From: Squalus acanthias
Lineage: Eukaryota
NCBI GenBank assembly: GCA_030390025.1
Contig: CM059438.1
Location: forward strand, 54,500,001 to 54,564,000
Length of the DNA: 64,000 bases
Direction of reading: 5' to 3'
Shown: in pieces, positions 25,322 to 37,417 of the stretch
Layout of the letters: every line of letters starts with the position of its first letter
How positions within the stretch are numbered: the stretch's first letter is position 1
Program-made: the position numbers and the translations under genes
The notes under the pieces: model-generated
The model's database searches: none
The model's input: the letters and a program-made list of their open reading frames with translations, nothing else
Told to the model about the DNA's origin: nothing

Positions 25322-26998
25322 GGGCTAAAAATTTGAGGTCTCACCGCTGGCCGTTACCACCCGATTCGGGAAAAAATGGTGGTGGCTGCCGCTGCACTTT
25401 TGTCTGCTGCCGGTGGGTCCCATGGTGGCCGCCATTTTCGGCAGGTTGGCAGCGCTGCCGTTGCCTGCGCTTGCCGAAAGTATTGTAATGGGGGGAATTT
25501 TGCCAGCCCTGGGGAAGCGGGTATGGAGGCGGGACATCCGGGAAAATGGCAGAAACTGGGAGCGGTACCGAACCCGCTCCCAACCCGACTAGTGCAGGTA
25601 CCCGTCTCCTTGAGGCAGGAAGGGGATTAGAGCCAATTAACTGCCTGGAAACCCCGCCAGGATCAGCGAGGCGAGCAGTGGGTCTGCGGGGGTGAGAGGG
25701 ATCGAAAAGTCCGCTGTGGAGGTGAGTAATGGGTGCAAGTGTGGAGAGGTAAGTATGAGAGGTGAGTGTAAAGTGTTAGAAAAAGTTTACTTACCTTTGC
25801 TTCTTCCTGCAGGCTTCAATTCTTGGTGATCCGGAGGGGCCTCATCTCAACGGCAGAGATGACAGAATGGCTGCTGCATTCTCAGATGCAGCAGCCATCT
25901 GATTTCTGCTGAGGAGAGAGGTCTTGGTGAGCCTTCAGTACAAGGGCTCACCTTAGAACAGAGCTTGTCAGTGTTTGACAGCTTCTCAAAGCTGTCAAAC
26001 GCTGACAATTCATCTGTCAAAAATTTGAGACAGATGAAACGTCATTCACTGACGTCCTCTGTCACCGGCTTTCCCTTAATTGGCCGGCTAAGCCCACAGG
26101 GCAGGCTTAACAGGGTCAATCAAGGGAAAATAGCGTGGGTTGGCCGGACGTCGTTGGGGGCGGGACTGAAACCCGACAACCAGCAGTTCCGCACCCAACG
26201 CGCCCCCATTGACAAAAAAGGAGGCCTACAGTGTTTGTGGGTCAGTAGATCAATGGGTAAAACCTCGTGGAACAAGCGTTTACTTCAGAACTGAACACCT
26301 GTAGAAAACTGCAAATCCCTCGGCGGATTCCCAGCAAATAAAATAAACAAATTCCTAAAGAGCATCAGATTGCCTAGAGCTCCATTGCAACGTTTGAAGA
26401 TCATCTCTGACAAGATCTCTTTTATCTTTATGATAGCGTCACCAGAACGCCACCCCCTTGCAATTCTGGACTCAACTGCTTAAGGTTTTAAGGAATTATA
26501 ATTAATTTATTCAAAATTCCATAACCAATTATTTATCAAATAATTATTTTGTGTTGAGTATGCAAGACCCACTAAAACCTGGCACGATTACTACACATTT
26601 AAACACTTTCAAGAGTAACCATTGGAGAAAGATTAGTGTTACAGATAGTGCAGATACATTCATTTCATGAACTATTAAAAAATCAACATAGTTAATAATC
26701 AGATGGCAGGTAATATTGTTGTAGTAAGTATGGCAACTGTTCCGTAACATGGCCCACAGGTTCGCTCCTTTCTTCCCCGTTCTCCTTCACTGCAAGCGGG
26801 AGACAGACGTGACCTTCGGCCTCCTGCTGAGCTTAGCACTGGAAAGAGCACGTTAACACCACAAAATCTCCGCACCGCTGATGTTAATTAGCAGGCAGCA
26901 CCAAAATACCAGTGCCGCTGCGCTCTCTCAGCGGGCAGCCATTAGCCTTGGCCGGCGCTGTTACCAGCAGGTTTCCAGCATACCGGAATTTTTAGCCC
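25322..26998. mobile_element. Harbinger-type non-autonomous element containing a nested MITE
   Basis: Perfect 12-bp TIR GGGCTAAAAATT / AATTTTTAGCCC. The flanks are tct and tat (2 of 3 match). Confidence 0.6.
25490..26226 (+). mobile_element. Non-autonomous element with ends related to the 4.2-kb Harbinger; internal hairpin array
   Basis: The left end ggggggaattttgccagccctggggaagcgggtatggaggcggg resembles 27749 and 42745. The right end cgcccccattgacaaaa resembles 46928-46945. No clean TSD is visible. Confidence 0.7.
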
Positions 26999-28266
26999 TA
27001 TGCTTCCAGCTCCTGTGTATGTGGGAGATGCATCATAGGAGTTTGTTTTCACCTACCACCTGTGAAACTATAGTGTCTGGCACTGACCAAACAGGAATTT
27101 ACAAACAACAGTGATGCATGCCAGATTGTCCCCTATCCTCCTCTGGTACACTTACGTTCTCACTTTCATCATTTGTAAAAAAAAAAATGCAGAATATTTA
27201 TTTAATATCTCTTCCATACCTTCATCTTTCACAATTAACCTCCCTGCCCTCCCCCATCACCGCTGAATGGTCCTACCCTCTCTCTAACTATTAGTTTATT
27301 TTTAATATGCTTATAAAAGTCCTTACTATTTCTCTACTAGCTCTTCCAATCTCCCGTCACGTCCCCACTACACTTTCAATGTTCCTTTATGATTATCTTT
27401 ATCATATGCTTTCCTTTTAAGTTTCAGTTTAGTTTCAATCTTTCCATTATTAACAGAACTCTATTCTTTGATGCACCTCCTTCTTTCCTAATTGGAGCAT
27501 ATTTATTTTGTGTCTATCTCATATTTCCCAATGTTGTTCCGTTGACCCGTTTGCTGGCTTTTCTGTCCAGAAAATTTGGGCAACATCCTTCCTTATCTTG
27601 CCAGACTTTGCTTTTTTCCAGCCCACTAGTTTGGATGCTCTCCCTCCCTTCCCAGAATTTTTTGCACTCATTCCACGCTGTCCTTTACCCTAACATCTAG
27701 GAGGCAACATACTATTCAGGGCTCTAGGTATGACTCCAAAAAAATAAAGGGCTGGATTTTACCAGCCCTGAGGAGGCGGGTTTGGAGGCGGGACTGTTGG
27801 CAAAATTTGAAAAAATGACGGCGGGTTCCGATCCGGCCGTCAACCCGCCTCCGCGCAACTTTGCCAGAGGCGGGCTTGCAGAGTCCGTTTTGGTCGCGCC
27901 TCCAGGCGGCGGGATAGGCACTTAACTACCACTTACCTACCTCTATAATGCCATTTTGAGAGACCTTTCACATTTTCCCACATTTCCAGCGTGCTGCACG
28001 TCTCTCCTGAAACACGCCAGCTAATCCTGTCGGGTTCACAAGTGGCTGGCTTCCTAACAGCTGCAGCTCCACCATAAAAACAGAGCTTTCAACAAGGATC
28101 AGTTACAGGTGGCATAACTTTGCTTTTTCAGGTCTTGGAGAACTTTTTGCAGGTCCACTGATTTTGGATGTGGTGAAGCAGAGATCCATCTCCACTGTGA
28201 CCTCCTGGGAAAACCCTCTCCCCACAATGACTGAGCGCTTCCTCAACTGAGATATCTACCAGCAGC

Positions 28267-29421
28267 ATGGGAACCATTTATTTCCTTTCATCCTGGACCT
28301 CAGATTCAGACGAAAAGCAGCCGCGGCAGCAGCAGAACCGGGAACAACAGCAGCGCCAACCTGCTGCTCACCCACCTGATGGTGCACAGGGCAGAAGGCG
28401 CCAACGCAGGAAAGCACGTTGCCGCAGGAGATACCCCCAAAAAAAGGGTTTACAGGCTGAGGATGAGCTTCCTCAACATGAGTGAGCAGCAGTGCCAAAG
28501 GAGGCCGAGACTTTCGCGAGAGGTAGTCGGTGGCATCTGTGCAATGCTGCACCAACACCTGGAGCCCAGAGGAGCAGGTGGACACCCCTTACCAGTGGCC
28601 GTCAAAGTCACCACCGCACTCAACTTTTTTGCTTCAGGCTCCTTCCAGGGATCATCAGCAGACATCAGCGGCGTCTCCCAGTCGTCCGCACACACTTGCA
28701 TCACGCAGGTTACCGATGCCCTCTTTGCCAAAGTGCACAATTACATCCAGTTCTCCACGGATCAAGCAAGTATAATCGCGCGTGCGGTTGGCTTTGCAAA
28801 TATGGCAGGCTTGCCAAGGGTGCAGGGCGTCGTTGACTGCACACGTTGCCCTCAAGGCACCCTATCACAACCCAGCTCTTTTTGTCAACCGCAAGGGCTT
28901 CCACTCCCTCAACATGCAGCTGGTGTGTAACCACAAGAAGGACATTTTGCATGTTTGCGCCAAGTACCCTGGCAGTTGCCATGACTCGTTCATCCTGCGG
29001 CAGTCTAGTGTGCCTCCGCTCTTCAATCCGCCAAACCAACTTTCGGGATGGCTACTTGGAGACAAGGGCTATCCCCTGAAGACGTGGCTAATGACACCGT
29101 TCAGGAGGCCATCGAACGAAGCTGAGGAGCGCTACAACTCCAGCCACATTTCGACCAGATCCATCATCGAGCAAACCATCGGCTTGCTGAAGATGCGATT
29201 CAGATGCCTTGATAGATCAGGTGGAGCCCTGCAGTACTCAGCAGCCAGGGTCTCCAGAATGGTCGTGGTCTGCTGTGCACTGAACAACATCGCACAGCAT
29301 CGTGGCTTGCAGCTGCCTGAGGAACAAGTAGCTCAGCGCATAGCCTCCTCAGATGAGGAGGAGGAGGAGAACGAAGCACATTGCTGCCCGGGATGCACTC
29401 ATCTTGGCCAGATTTGTTTAA
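28267..29421 (+). pseudogene. Harbinger (HARBI1-like) DDE transposase, frameshifted (copy A)
   Basis: Joining ORFs 28267, 28379 and 28782 gives [11 protein letters not shown]...GVVDCT/HVAL...NRKGFHSLN...[11 protein letters not shown]...LLGDKGYP...[19 protein letters not shown]. Frameshifts are at about 28440 (A-run) and 28843, with a C-terminal deletion relative to copy B. Confidence 0.92.
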
Positions 29422-29678
29422 GTTGCCATTCAAACACATGTGCCTGGCACCTTCTATCCACAACATAGACAATGGACAAGAACCTGTGGCTTCCTATCAC
29501 TATGACCACCATCATGACAAATCCAATTCGCCCTGAGCCCTCAATGTGGAACTTCCATTTCCGAAATGACAGAGTCCAGAACTTTAACAGTTTGCCATCA
29601 CTTAATTTTAATACATTGACTAAAGGATGGCATTTAACAATTAAACACAACAGAACACCCAAGTGACTACCCTTGTGA

Positions 29679-31636
29679 CTACTTGTGCTTTATCTTCCTC
29701 TTACGCGTGCTCCTACGTAGTGCTTCCCCTGTGGCTTCAGCAGATGTGGAGGCCCCTTGCTCACTCTCATGCTGCTCCTGCTTCGACACCTTTGGCGGGC
29801 GTCCTCTGGGTTTACGAGCCTGTGAGGGCTCGCCAACAGTCTGCTCCTCCTGCGGCTGTGCAGGGGCTGAGACACCCATCTCAGTTGGGTGAGGACTCTG
29901 GTGGGGCTCTGACCGAGGGCTCCGCAGTGGCATGGGAGTGTGAGTGCTTGGAGAGGAGCCCCCATTCCTTGTTGTCTGCCACCAACATCCCTCTCATGGG
30001 TCAGCCCCACTTCAGTGCTAGCAAGTGGCTTGACAGCACCTTGCTGCACATCAGGGGGGGCCATGAGGACCCATTTCTGCACTGGCAGTCCTACTCCAGA
30101 GGACTTCCATGAAGGTCTAGTTTCTCTGATCAATAGCTGTCCATCGCTTCTCCAGAGATGTCAGTCTATTCTGAACATTCACCATGTTTTCCACACTCTG
30201 GCGACTTAGCTCCTCCATGGCCGTAGCCAGCCTCTCCTCTACTGTAGCCATCCTTTCCACAGAGGTAGCCATCCTTTCCGTGGTGATGTGTTCATGCACC
30301 AATGCCTCCACAAAGGCTCTGCTCATGTTAGCGTTGGACTCCTCCATCCGCTCCACACTCGCAGTGACCCTGGAGACAAAACCTGCCAGAGACTCCTGCA
30401 CCTGTTCCTGGCGTTCCAGCACCGCTCTCCTTCTGGATGGACCCAGAGGCACAGGGTCAACATGCAGCTGAGCAGAGCTGGGAGCGCCCTGCGGCCTCCG
30501 ACGAGGACTCTCCACTGGTGTCCCTGTCTCCACCATCTGCTGATGCTCACTTGTGAGCTGTGATACAACAGGTGACAACACTACTCTATGTCCCGAAGGT
30601 CCCACCAAGGTGTGCGTTTCTGCACTGGTGCTGGGTGCGCTTAATTCTGCGCCCTCAGAGGTTGCAGGTTCCTCTGAGGAGTCTTCCGGCTCAGCCTCTT
30701 CCTCCTGGACAGTGAGGAGGGGGGCTGTTGATGGTTCTGTGGGGGAGTAAAGGCATGAGTTAGACATGTGATATAAACGTAGCATGCACATGGAATAGTG
30801 CAGATGATCATAAGTCAATCTGTTTGAGCATCAGAAGCCATATCAGTCACTCAAGCAATGTCAATGAGAGAGATGCAAAACTATTCTGTCACCAGCTTGC
30901 TCTGATGTGCCCGTCTGTCCGTCCCCCACTTCCACATCCTCCTCGGCGCCAACGATCTCTAGGGCCACCTCCTCAGCGCTGGTGAGATGGGCTATTGAGG
31001 GTGGCCCTCCTCCGGTCTTTACCCTTTCCCTCTTATTATGGGCTCTCTTTTCCTGCAATAAGGGACACAAGTGGAGTTTGAGTGAGAATGACGGAGTGAG
31101 TGTAGATAATCCATAGCTTAGATGCTTAGAAGGACACAAAGATGGAGTGAGGTCCCAATACTAAGGGCCCTCCCTGTGTGTTGTTAGTTGTTGTCATAGC
31201 ATAACAGTGATAGGGAGTGTGAGGGCAGCAGTGTCGAATAGTTAATTTATTGTGTACATAGAGAGAGAGGGAATGGTTAAGGGTGCAAGGGATGTAAGGG
31301 TAAAGTGGGATGTATCGGAGTAGGTTGACAATGCAGAGTGATGGTGCTGAGAGGAGATGGGGAGCAGAATGAGGGTAAAGGTGATGCTATACTCACTTTG
31401 CCTGTTCGGACAAGGTCATTGAACCTCTTTCGGCACTGCAGCCAGGTTCTGCTGCACATCGATCTGGAACTGACCTCCTGGGCAACTTGCAGCCACACAG
31501 CTTTGGTCTGCTGGGGAGGTTTTTTCCTCCCAGAGGATGGAAACAGCACCTCCTTTTGTGCTCTGGCTCCCTCCACCAGAGCATGGAGCGAGTCATCATT
31601 AAAGCGTGGTGAGGCCTTGGGCCTTGAAGTCGACAT
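29679..31636 (-). pseudogene. Harbinger Myb/SANT-like DNA-binding partner gene (copy A); exons 31397-31636, 30893-31052, 29679-30736
   Basis: Exon 1 is MSTSRPKASPRFNDD...WLQVAQEV...RTWLQCRKRFNDL (240 nt, phase 0). Exon 2 is EKRAHNKRER..TGGGPP (160 nt, phase 1). GT/AG sites are phase-consistent. There is a premature TAG at 30117 and compensating 1-nt indels in exon 3. Confidence 0.88.
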
Positions 31637-32539
31637 TCCACTAGCTCCAAACACTATCATGAAGTGAAGCAATCACAAGCGTTGAGGCTGAAAATGAACC
31701 AAGGCTGCTTGGAGCCCTTAAATGCAGCTGGAGAAATGACATAATCAGAGGCGAGTTTCAGGCCCAAAAAACTAATTGGGCCAGGGGTGCGCACACGCTG
31801 GGAATCAATTGGCCAATTACGGCAAAATAGCTAAAAAAGCCCGCCTGACAGCGGAGGTGGAAGCAGGACCCACCGACCACCTGACCCGCCACCAATGGCA
31901 AAATCGAGCCCAAACTGTTTATTCCCGAGTACAGAATCTCTCACTACTCCCGCTCCTATTCTTGTAGCATATCTAATTCAATGTTAAGTTAGTGAACAAA
32001 TGTATGTTGGTACTGCTTTCTATTTTAGCTGCAGTATTTGAGAAAAACTCTCCTCAATAGAAAAAGAGAAGCAAACAAAATAGTAAATCCCTGACTCATG
32101 CTGCTCTCCCAACCCAGCCCAAACTCTGGGCTTGTCTTATTTAAGTTGGAACATGTATATTTGAGTCTATACTATATATATTAAACAGCTTAGATAAAAC
32201 AAACCCAGAATTTTATATTCAAGTAGGAAATGCTAGGAGGGCTAGGGGGCTAAAAAAGATACTAGCAGATATTCTGTGGTGTTCCTCATGGTGAATCGGA
32301 GGACTTTGGAACATTAATTGAATGCAGTGCACATTGCTCTGAAAGGAAAGCTACAGCGTTGGGAAGACTAACGTAGAGATAAAAAAGATAAAACAGCTCA
32401 TTAAAAGTGCTAAACATTTTGGCAGCCTGGTGGATGAGAAAGTGATTTATTTTAATATTAAACTTCAAGGCAGAAGTTTTCTCAGACTAGTCTTGGTGGG
32501 AATCACTGACAAAATGAATTAAAAGAAATTAAACTTCAA

Positions 32540-32750
32540 GGCAAAAACAGAAAAAAGCTGGAAGCACACAGCAGGTCAATCAACATCTGTGAAGAGAACT
32601 GACAGTTGACATTTTGGTACATACCCTTTTTTGAAACAGAATAATAAAAGATGGACAGAACAGAGACACTTGGCAAAGTTTTCACCAGTCTGTGCTTGGT
32701 CTCCTGAATGTAGAGAAGAACAAACCATGGGAAACAAATACAACGTATTC
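32540..32750 (-). mobile_element. Decayed Penelope-like 3' fragment
   Basis: LLYIQETKHRL is a GIY-YIG remnant, and the terminus is homologous to 7960-8090. The hammerhead core has decayed. Confidence 0.65.
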
Positions 32751-32751
32751 G

Positions 32752-33145
32752 TCCCACTCCACTCCAGAGACTTGAACACAAAATCTAGGCTGACAATCCC
32801 AGTGCAGTAGTGAAATGTCAGAGGTGTAGGCTTTCGGATCAGACATTAAACTAAGGCTCCGTCAGCCCTCTCAGGTGAATGTAATAGAACCTATGGCATT
32901 ATTCAAAGAAGAGCAGGGGAGAGTCACCCCCGCCACCCCCTGGTGTCCTGGCTAATATTTATCCCTAATCAACACCACTAAAATAGATTATCTGGTCATT
33001 ATCATGTTGCTGTGGGAGCTTGCTGTGCACGAATTGGCTGCCACGTTTCCTACATTTCAACAGTGCCTACACTTCATTGGCTGTAAAGCACTTTGGGACA
33101 TCCTGAGGTCGTGAAAGGCGCTACATAAATTTAAGTTTTTCTTCG
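32752..33145 (+). mobile_element. Deu-domain SINE (SacSINE1-like), head truncated
   Basis: Homologous to 33657-34118, with tail aaaggcgctacataaat. Confidence 0.8.
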
Positions 33146-33656
33146 CTCTTTTATTATAATTTAATAGTTTAAGGCCTTTGATAAGGTACCACATGGTAGG
33201 CTCATGACAAAGGTTAGGTCATATGGAGTTAGGGGACAAATAGCTGAATAGATAGCAAATTGGCTAAAAAATAGAAAGCAGAGATTTGGGTAAAGGGTAG
33301 TTATTCAGATTGGAGGAAAGTAGAAAATGGTGTTCCACAAGAATCAGTGTTGGGACCAGTGTTATTCATAATTTAATGATTTTGACTTAGGAATAAGTAA
33401 CTCAATATCAAAATTTGCAGATGATACTAAACTGAGGGATACAGCTAACACTGAGGAAGAATGCAACATAATATAAGACGACATTAGAAAACTTGCAGAC
33501 TGGGCAATTAAGTGGAAAATTAACATTAACATTAACATATAAATGTAAGGTGATGCACTTTGCTAGGAAAAACAGAAACATCACCTATACGTTTAAAAAT
33601 AAGAAACTGAATGGGATAGAAGAGCAAAGGGATCTGTCCACCAAAATCTGTAACCT

Positions 33657-34118
33657 CAGCTGTGGCACAGTTGGTAGCACTCTCACCTCTGAGTCAGAAG
33701 GTTGTGGGTTCAAGTCCCACTCCAGAGACTTGAGCATAAAATCTAGGCTGACACTCCAGGGCAGTACTGAGGGAGTGCTGCACTGTTGGAGATGCAGTCT
33801 TTCAGATGAGATGTTAAACCGAGGCCCTGTCTGCTCTCTCACGTGGACGTAAAAGATCCTATGGCACTATTTCGAAGAAGAGCAAGGGAGTTATCCCCGG
33901 TGTCCGAGCTAATATTTATCCCTCAATCAACATCTAAATAGATTATCTGGTCATTATCACATTGCTGTTTCTGGGAGCTTGCTGTGCGCAAATTGGCTGC
34001 GGCGTTTCCTACATTACAACAGTGACTACAGTTCAAAAAGTACTGCATTGGCTGTAAAGCGCTTTGGGATGTTCGGTGGTCATGAAAAGCGCTACATAAA
34101 TGCAAGTCTTTCTTTTTT
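33657..34118 (+). mobile_element. Full-length tRNA-derived Deu-domain SINE (SacSINE1-like), inserted in a second-family LINE fragment (about 33637-34800)
   Basis: A box TGGCACAGTTGG, B box GGTTCAAGTCC, central gggagcttgctgtgcgcaaattggctgc...cctacattacaacagtgac, and a T-rich tail. The LINE sequence aatctgtaacctca|tggcccggca is split by it. Confidence 0.85.
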
Positions 34119-34799
34119 CATGGCCCGGCATATCCCTCACTCTACCATTACCATCAAGCTAGGGGACCAACCCTGGTTCAATGAGGAGTGCAGAAGAGCA
34201 TGCCAGGAGCAGCACCAGGCGTACCTAAAAATGAGGTGCCAAACTGGGGACGAGGCAACATCTAAAATAGATACATGCATGCTAAACAGTGGAAGCAGCA
34301 TGATGTAGACAGAGCTAAGCAATCCCACAATCAACGGATCAGATCAAAGCTTTGCAGTCCTGCCACATCTAGTCATCAATAGTGGTGGACAATTAAACAA
34401 CTAAAGGGAGGAGGCGGCTCCATGAATATCCAAATCCTCAATGAAGGTGGAGCCCAGCACGCGAGTGCAAAAGACAAGGTTGAAGCATTTGCAACCATCT
34501 TCAGCTAGAAGTGCCGATTGAATGATCCATCTCAGCCCCCTCCCGAGGTCCCCACCATCACAGAAGTCAGTCTTCAGCCAATTCGATTCACTCCACGTGA
34601 TATCAAAAAACGGCTGAGCGCACTGGATACAGCAAAGGCTATGGGTCCCGACAACATTCCAGCTGTCATGCTGAAGATTTGTGCTCCAGAACTAGTCGCG
34701 CTTCTAGCCATTCTGTTCCAGTACAGCTACAACACTGGCATCTACCCGACAATGTGGAAAACTGCCCAGGTGTGTCCTGTCCACAAAAAGCAAAACAAA

Positions 34800-36040
34800 T
34801 GTAACGAGCAGGGTGGATAAAGGGGAACCAATAGATGTCGTGCATTTGGATTTCCAGAAGGCATTCAATAAGGTGCCACATAAAAGGTTACTGCACAAGA
34901 TAAGAGCTCACAAGGTTGGGGGTAATATATTAGCATGAATAGAGGATTGGCTAACTAACAGCAAACAAAGAGTCGGGATAAATGGGTCATTTTCAGGTTG
35001 GCAAACTGTAACTAGTGGGGTGCCGCAGGGATCAGTGCTGGGGCCTCAATTATTTACAATCTATATTAATGACTTGGATGAAGGGACTGCGTGTAATGTA
35101 GCCAAATTTGCTGATGATACAAAGATAGGTGGGAAAGCAAATTGTGTGGAGGACGCAAAGAATCTCCAAAGGGATATAGATAGGCTAAGTGAGTGGGCAA
35201 AAATTTGGCAGATGGAGTATAATGTGGGAAAATGTGAGGTTATCCACTTTGGTAGGAAAAATAAAAAAGCAAATTATTATTTAAATGGGGAGAGATTATA
35301 AAATGCTGAGGTACAGAGGGATCTGGGGATCCTTGTACATGAAACACAAAAAGTTAGCATGCAGGTACAGCAAGTAATTAGGAAGGCAAATGGAATGTTG
35401 GCCTTTATTGCAAGGGGGGATGGAGTATAAAAGTAGGGAAGTCTTGCTACAACTATACAGGGCGCTGGTGTACCACACCTGGAATACTGCGTGCAGTTTG
35501 GGTCTCCTTATTTAATGAGGGATATACTTGCATTGGAGGCAGTTCAGAGAAGGTTCACTGGGTTAATTCCTGAGATGAAGGGGTTGTCTTATGAAGAAAG
35601 GTTGAGCAGGTTGGGCCTATACTCACTGGAGTTTAGAAGAATGAGAGGTGATCTTATTGAAACATATAAGATTCTGAAGGGGCTTGACAGGGTAGATGCA
35701 GAGAGGATGTTTTCCCTTGTGAGGGAACCTAGAACTAGGGGGCATAATTTCAGAATAAGGGGAAACCCTTTTAAATCGGAAATGAGGAGGAATTTCTTCT
35801 CTCAGAGGGTCGTGAATCTTTGGAATTCTCTACCCCAGAGAGCTGTGGAGGCAGAGTCATTGAATATATTCAAGGCAGAGATAGACATATACTTGAACGA
35901 CAGGGGAGTCAAGGGTTATGGGGAGCGGGCGGGAAAGTGGAGTTGAGGCCAAGATCAGATCAGCTATGATCTTATTGAATGGCGGAGCAGGCTTGAGGGG
36001 CCGAATGGCCTACTCCTGCTCCTATTTCTTATGTTCTTAT
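34800..36040 (+). mobile_element. CR1 LINE RT region plus 3'UTR (young subfamily)
   Basis: ORFs 35020-35301 and 35491-35946, with tail ttcttatgttcttatgt. Confidence 0.93.
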
Positions 36041-36044
36041 GTTG

Positions 36045-37105
36045 GACACGTGGAGTCAGGGGACAAGAAGCAGAATGGATAGCAAGCTGGCTACAAAAAA
36101 GAAAAAAGAGTAGGGGTTAAAAGTAGATATTCAGACGGGCAAAAGGTGGGAAGTGGTGTTCCTCAAGGATCGGTGCTGGGATCACTGTTGTTCACCATTT
36201 ACATGAACGATTTAGACTCAGGAATTGGAAGTACAATTTCAAAATTTGCAGACGGCACCAAATTGGGGGATGTAGTTAATACTGAGGAGGACTGCAGCAA
36301 AACACAGGAAGACATTAATAAACTTGCAGAATGGGCATGTAATTGGCAAATGAATTTCAATATATATAAGTGTGAGATGGTACATTTTGGTAGGAAGAAT
36401 AAGGAGGCCACATACACCTTGGAAAATAAATGTCTAAATGGGGTTGATGAGCAGAAGAATCTGGGGGTACAGATACACAAATCACTAAAAGTAGCGACAC
36501 AGGTTAATAAGGCCACAAAAAAACAAATAAAGCACTGGGGTTTATTTCTAGAGGGATAGAATTGAAAAGCAGAGAAGTTATGTTAAACCCTGTATAGACC
36601 ACACTTGGAATACTGTGAACAGTTCTGGTCACCATATTATAAAAAGGATATAGAGGCACTGGAGTCGTTGGAAAAAAATAGTTCTAGTATCATTCTAGTA
36701 AATAAGAGGTTATACCTATCAGGAAAGACTGAACAGACTGGGGCTCTTTTCTCTAGAAAAGAGAAAACTGAGGGGTGACCTGATAGAGGTCTTAAGATTC
36801 TAAAAGAGTTTGATAGGGTAGATGCAGAGATGTTTCTACTTGCGGGGGAGACCAGAACTGATGGCCATAAATATAAGAGTCACTAATAAATCCAATAGGG
36901 AATTCAGGAGAAACTTCTTTACTCACAGAGTGGTTAGAATGTGGAACTCGCTACCATACAGAGTAGTTGAGGCGACTAGTATAAGATGCATTTAAGGGGA
37001 AGCTGGATAAACACATGTGGGAGAAAGAAATAGAAGGATATGTTAATAGGGTGAGATGAAGAAAGGTGGGAGGAGGCTCATGTGGAGCATAAACACTGAC
37101 ATGTG
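36045..37105 (+). mobile_element. CR1 LINE fragment (related copies at about 33170-33635 on + and 51660-52590 on -)
   Basis: ORF 36146-36559 has GVPQGSVLG and KFAD. Confidence 0.85.
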
Positions 37106-37417
37106 GAGGGGGCGTTGTTTTTCCTCCCCAATCAATGAATTTCTGCTCCCTGTGGGGGGGAATGCGAGTTTACATTTGCTCATTGTCTGTTGCAGATTTG
37201 TGGTCCTATGCCTGAATATTTCTTCACCGGGGGAGGGGGTGGATTGGTCCAAACTCCGATTTTGTGCTCAGTCTGGTGGGGTGGGGTGGGGCGGAAATCT
37301 TCATAATACAGCAAATGTACTGAGGAAATATTGCAGATGAGTTATGGTACAAATATTACACACACAACTGATAATGAAAGGTAAAGGCTTCACTGATGGA
37401 TCTGTTGGAATACTATT

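Larger units (their letters stand above)
27749..31911 (+). mobile_element. PIF/Harbinger DNA transposon, near full length (copy A, 4163 bp)
   Basis: TIRs GGGCTGGATTTTACCA and TGGCAAAATCGAGCCC, 3-bp TSD AAA, subterminal GGCGGG repeats, and convergent transposase and Myb/SANT genes. Confidence 0.95.

Noticed and set aside
28835..28850. Classical programmed ribosomal frameshift site
   Set aside because: There is no X XXY YYZ slippery heptamer, and a -2 slip would put tRNA-Thr on GCA. Kept only as an open shared-lesion question.
28267..29421. Domesticated host HARBI1 gene
   Set aside because: It is flanked by TIRs and a TSD, paired with a Myb gene, multi-copy and frameshifted, so it is a transposon copy.
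33657..33730. tRNA gene
   Set aside because: The A/B boxes belong to SINE or LINE heads (also about 50050-50121, 60411-60495 and 24670), and no complete cloverleaf is visible.
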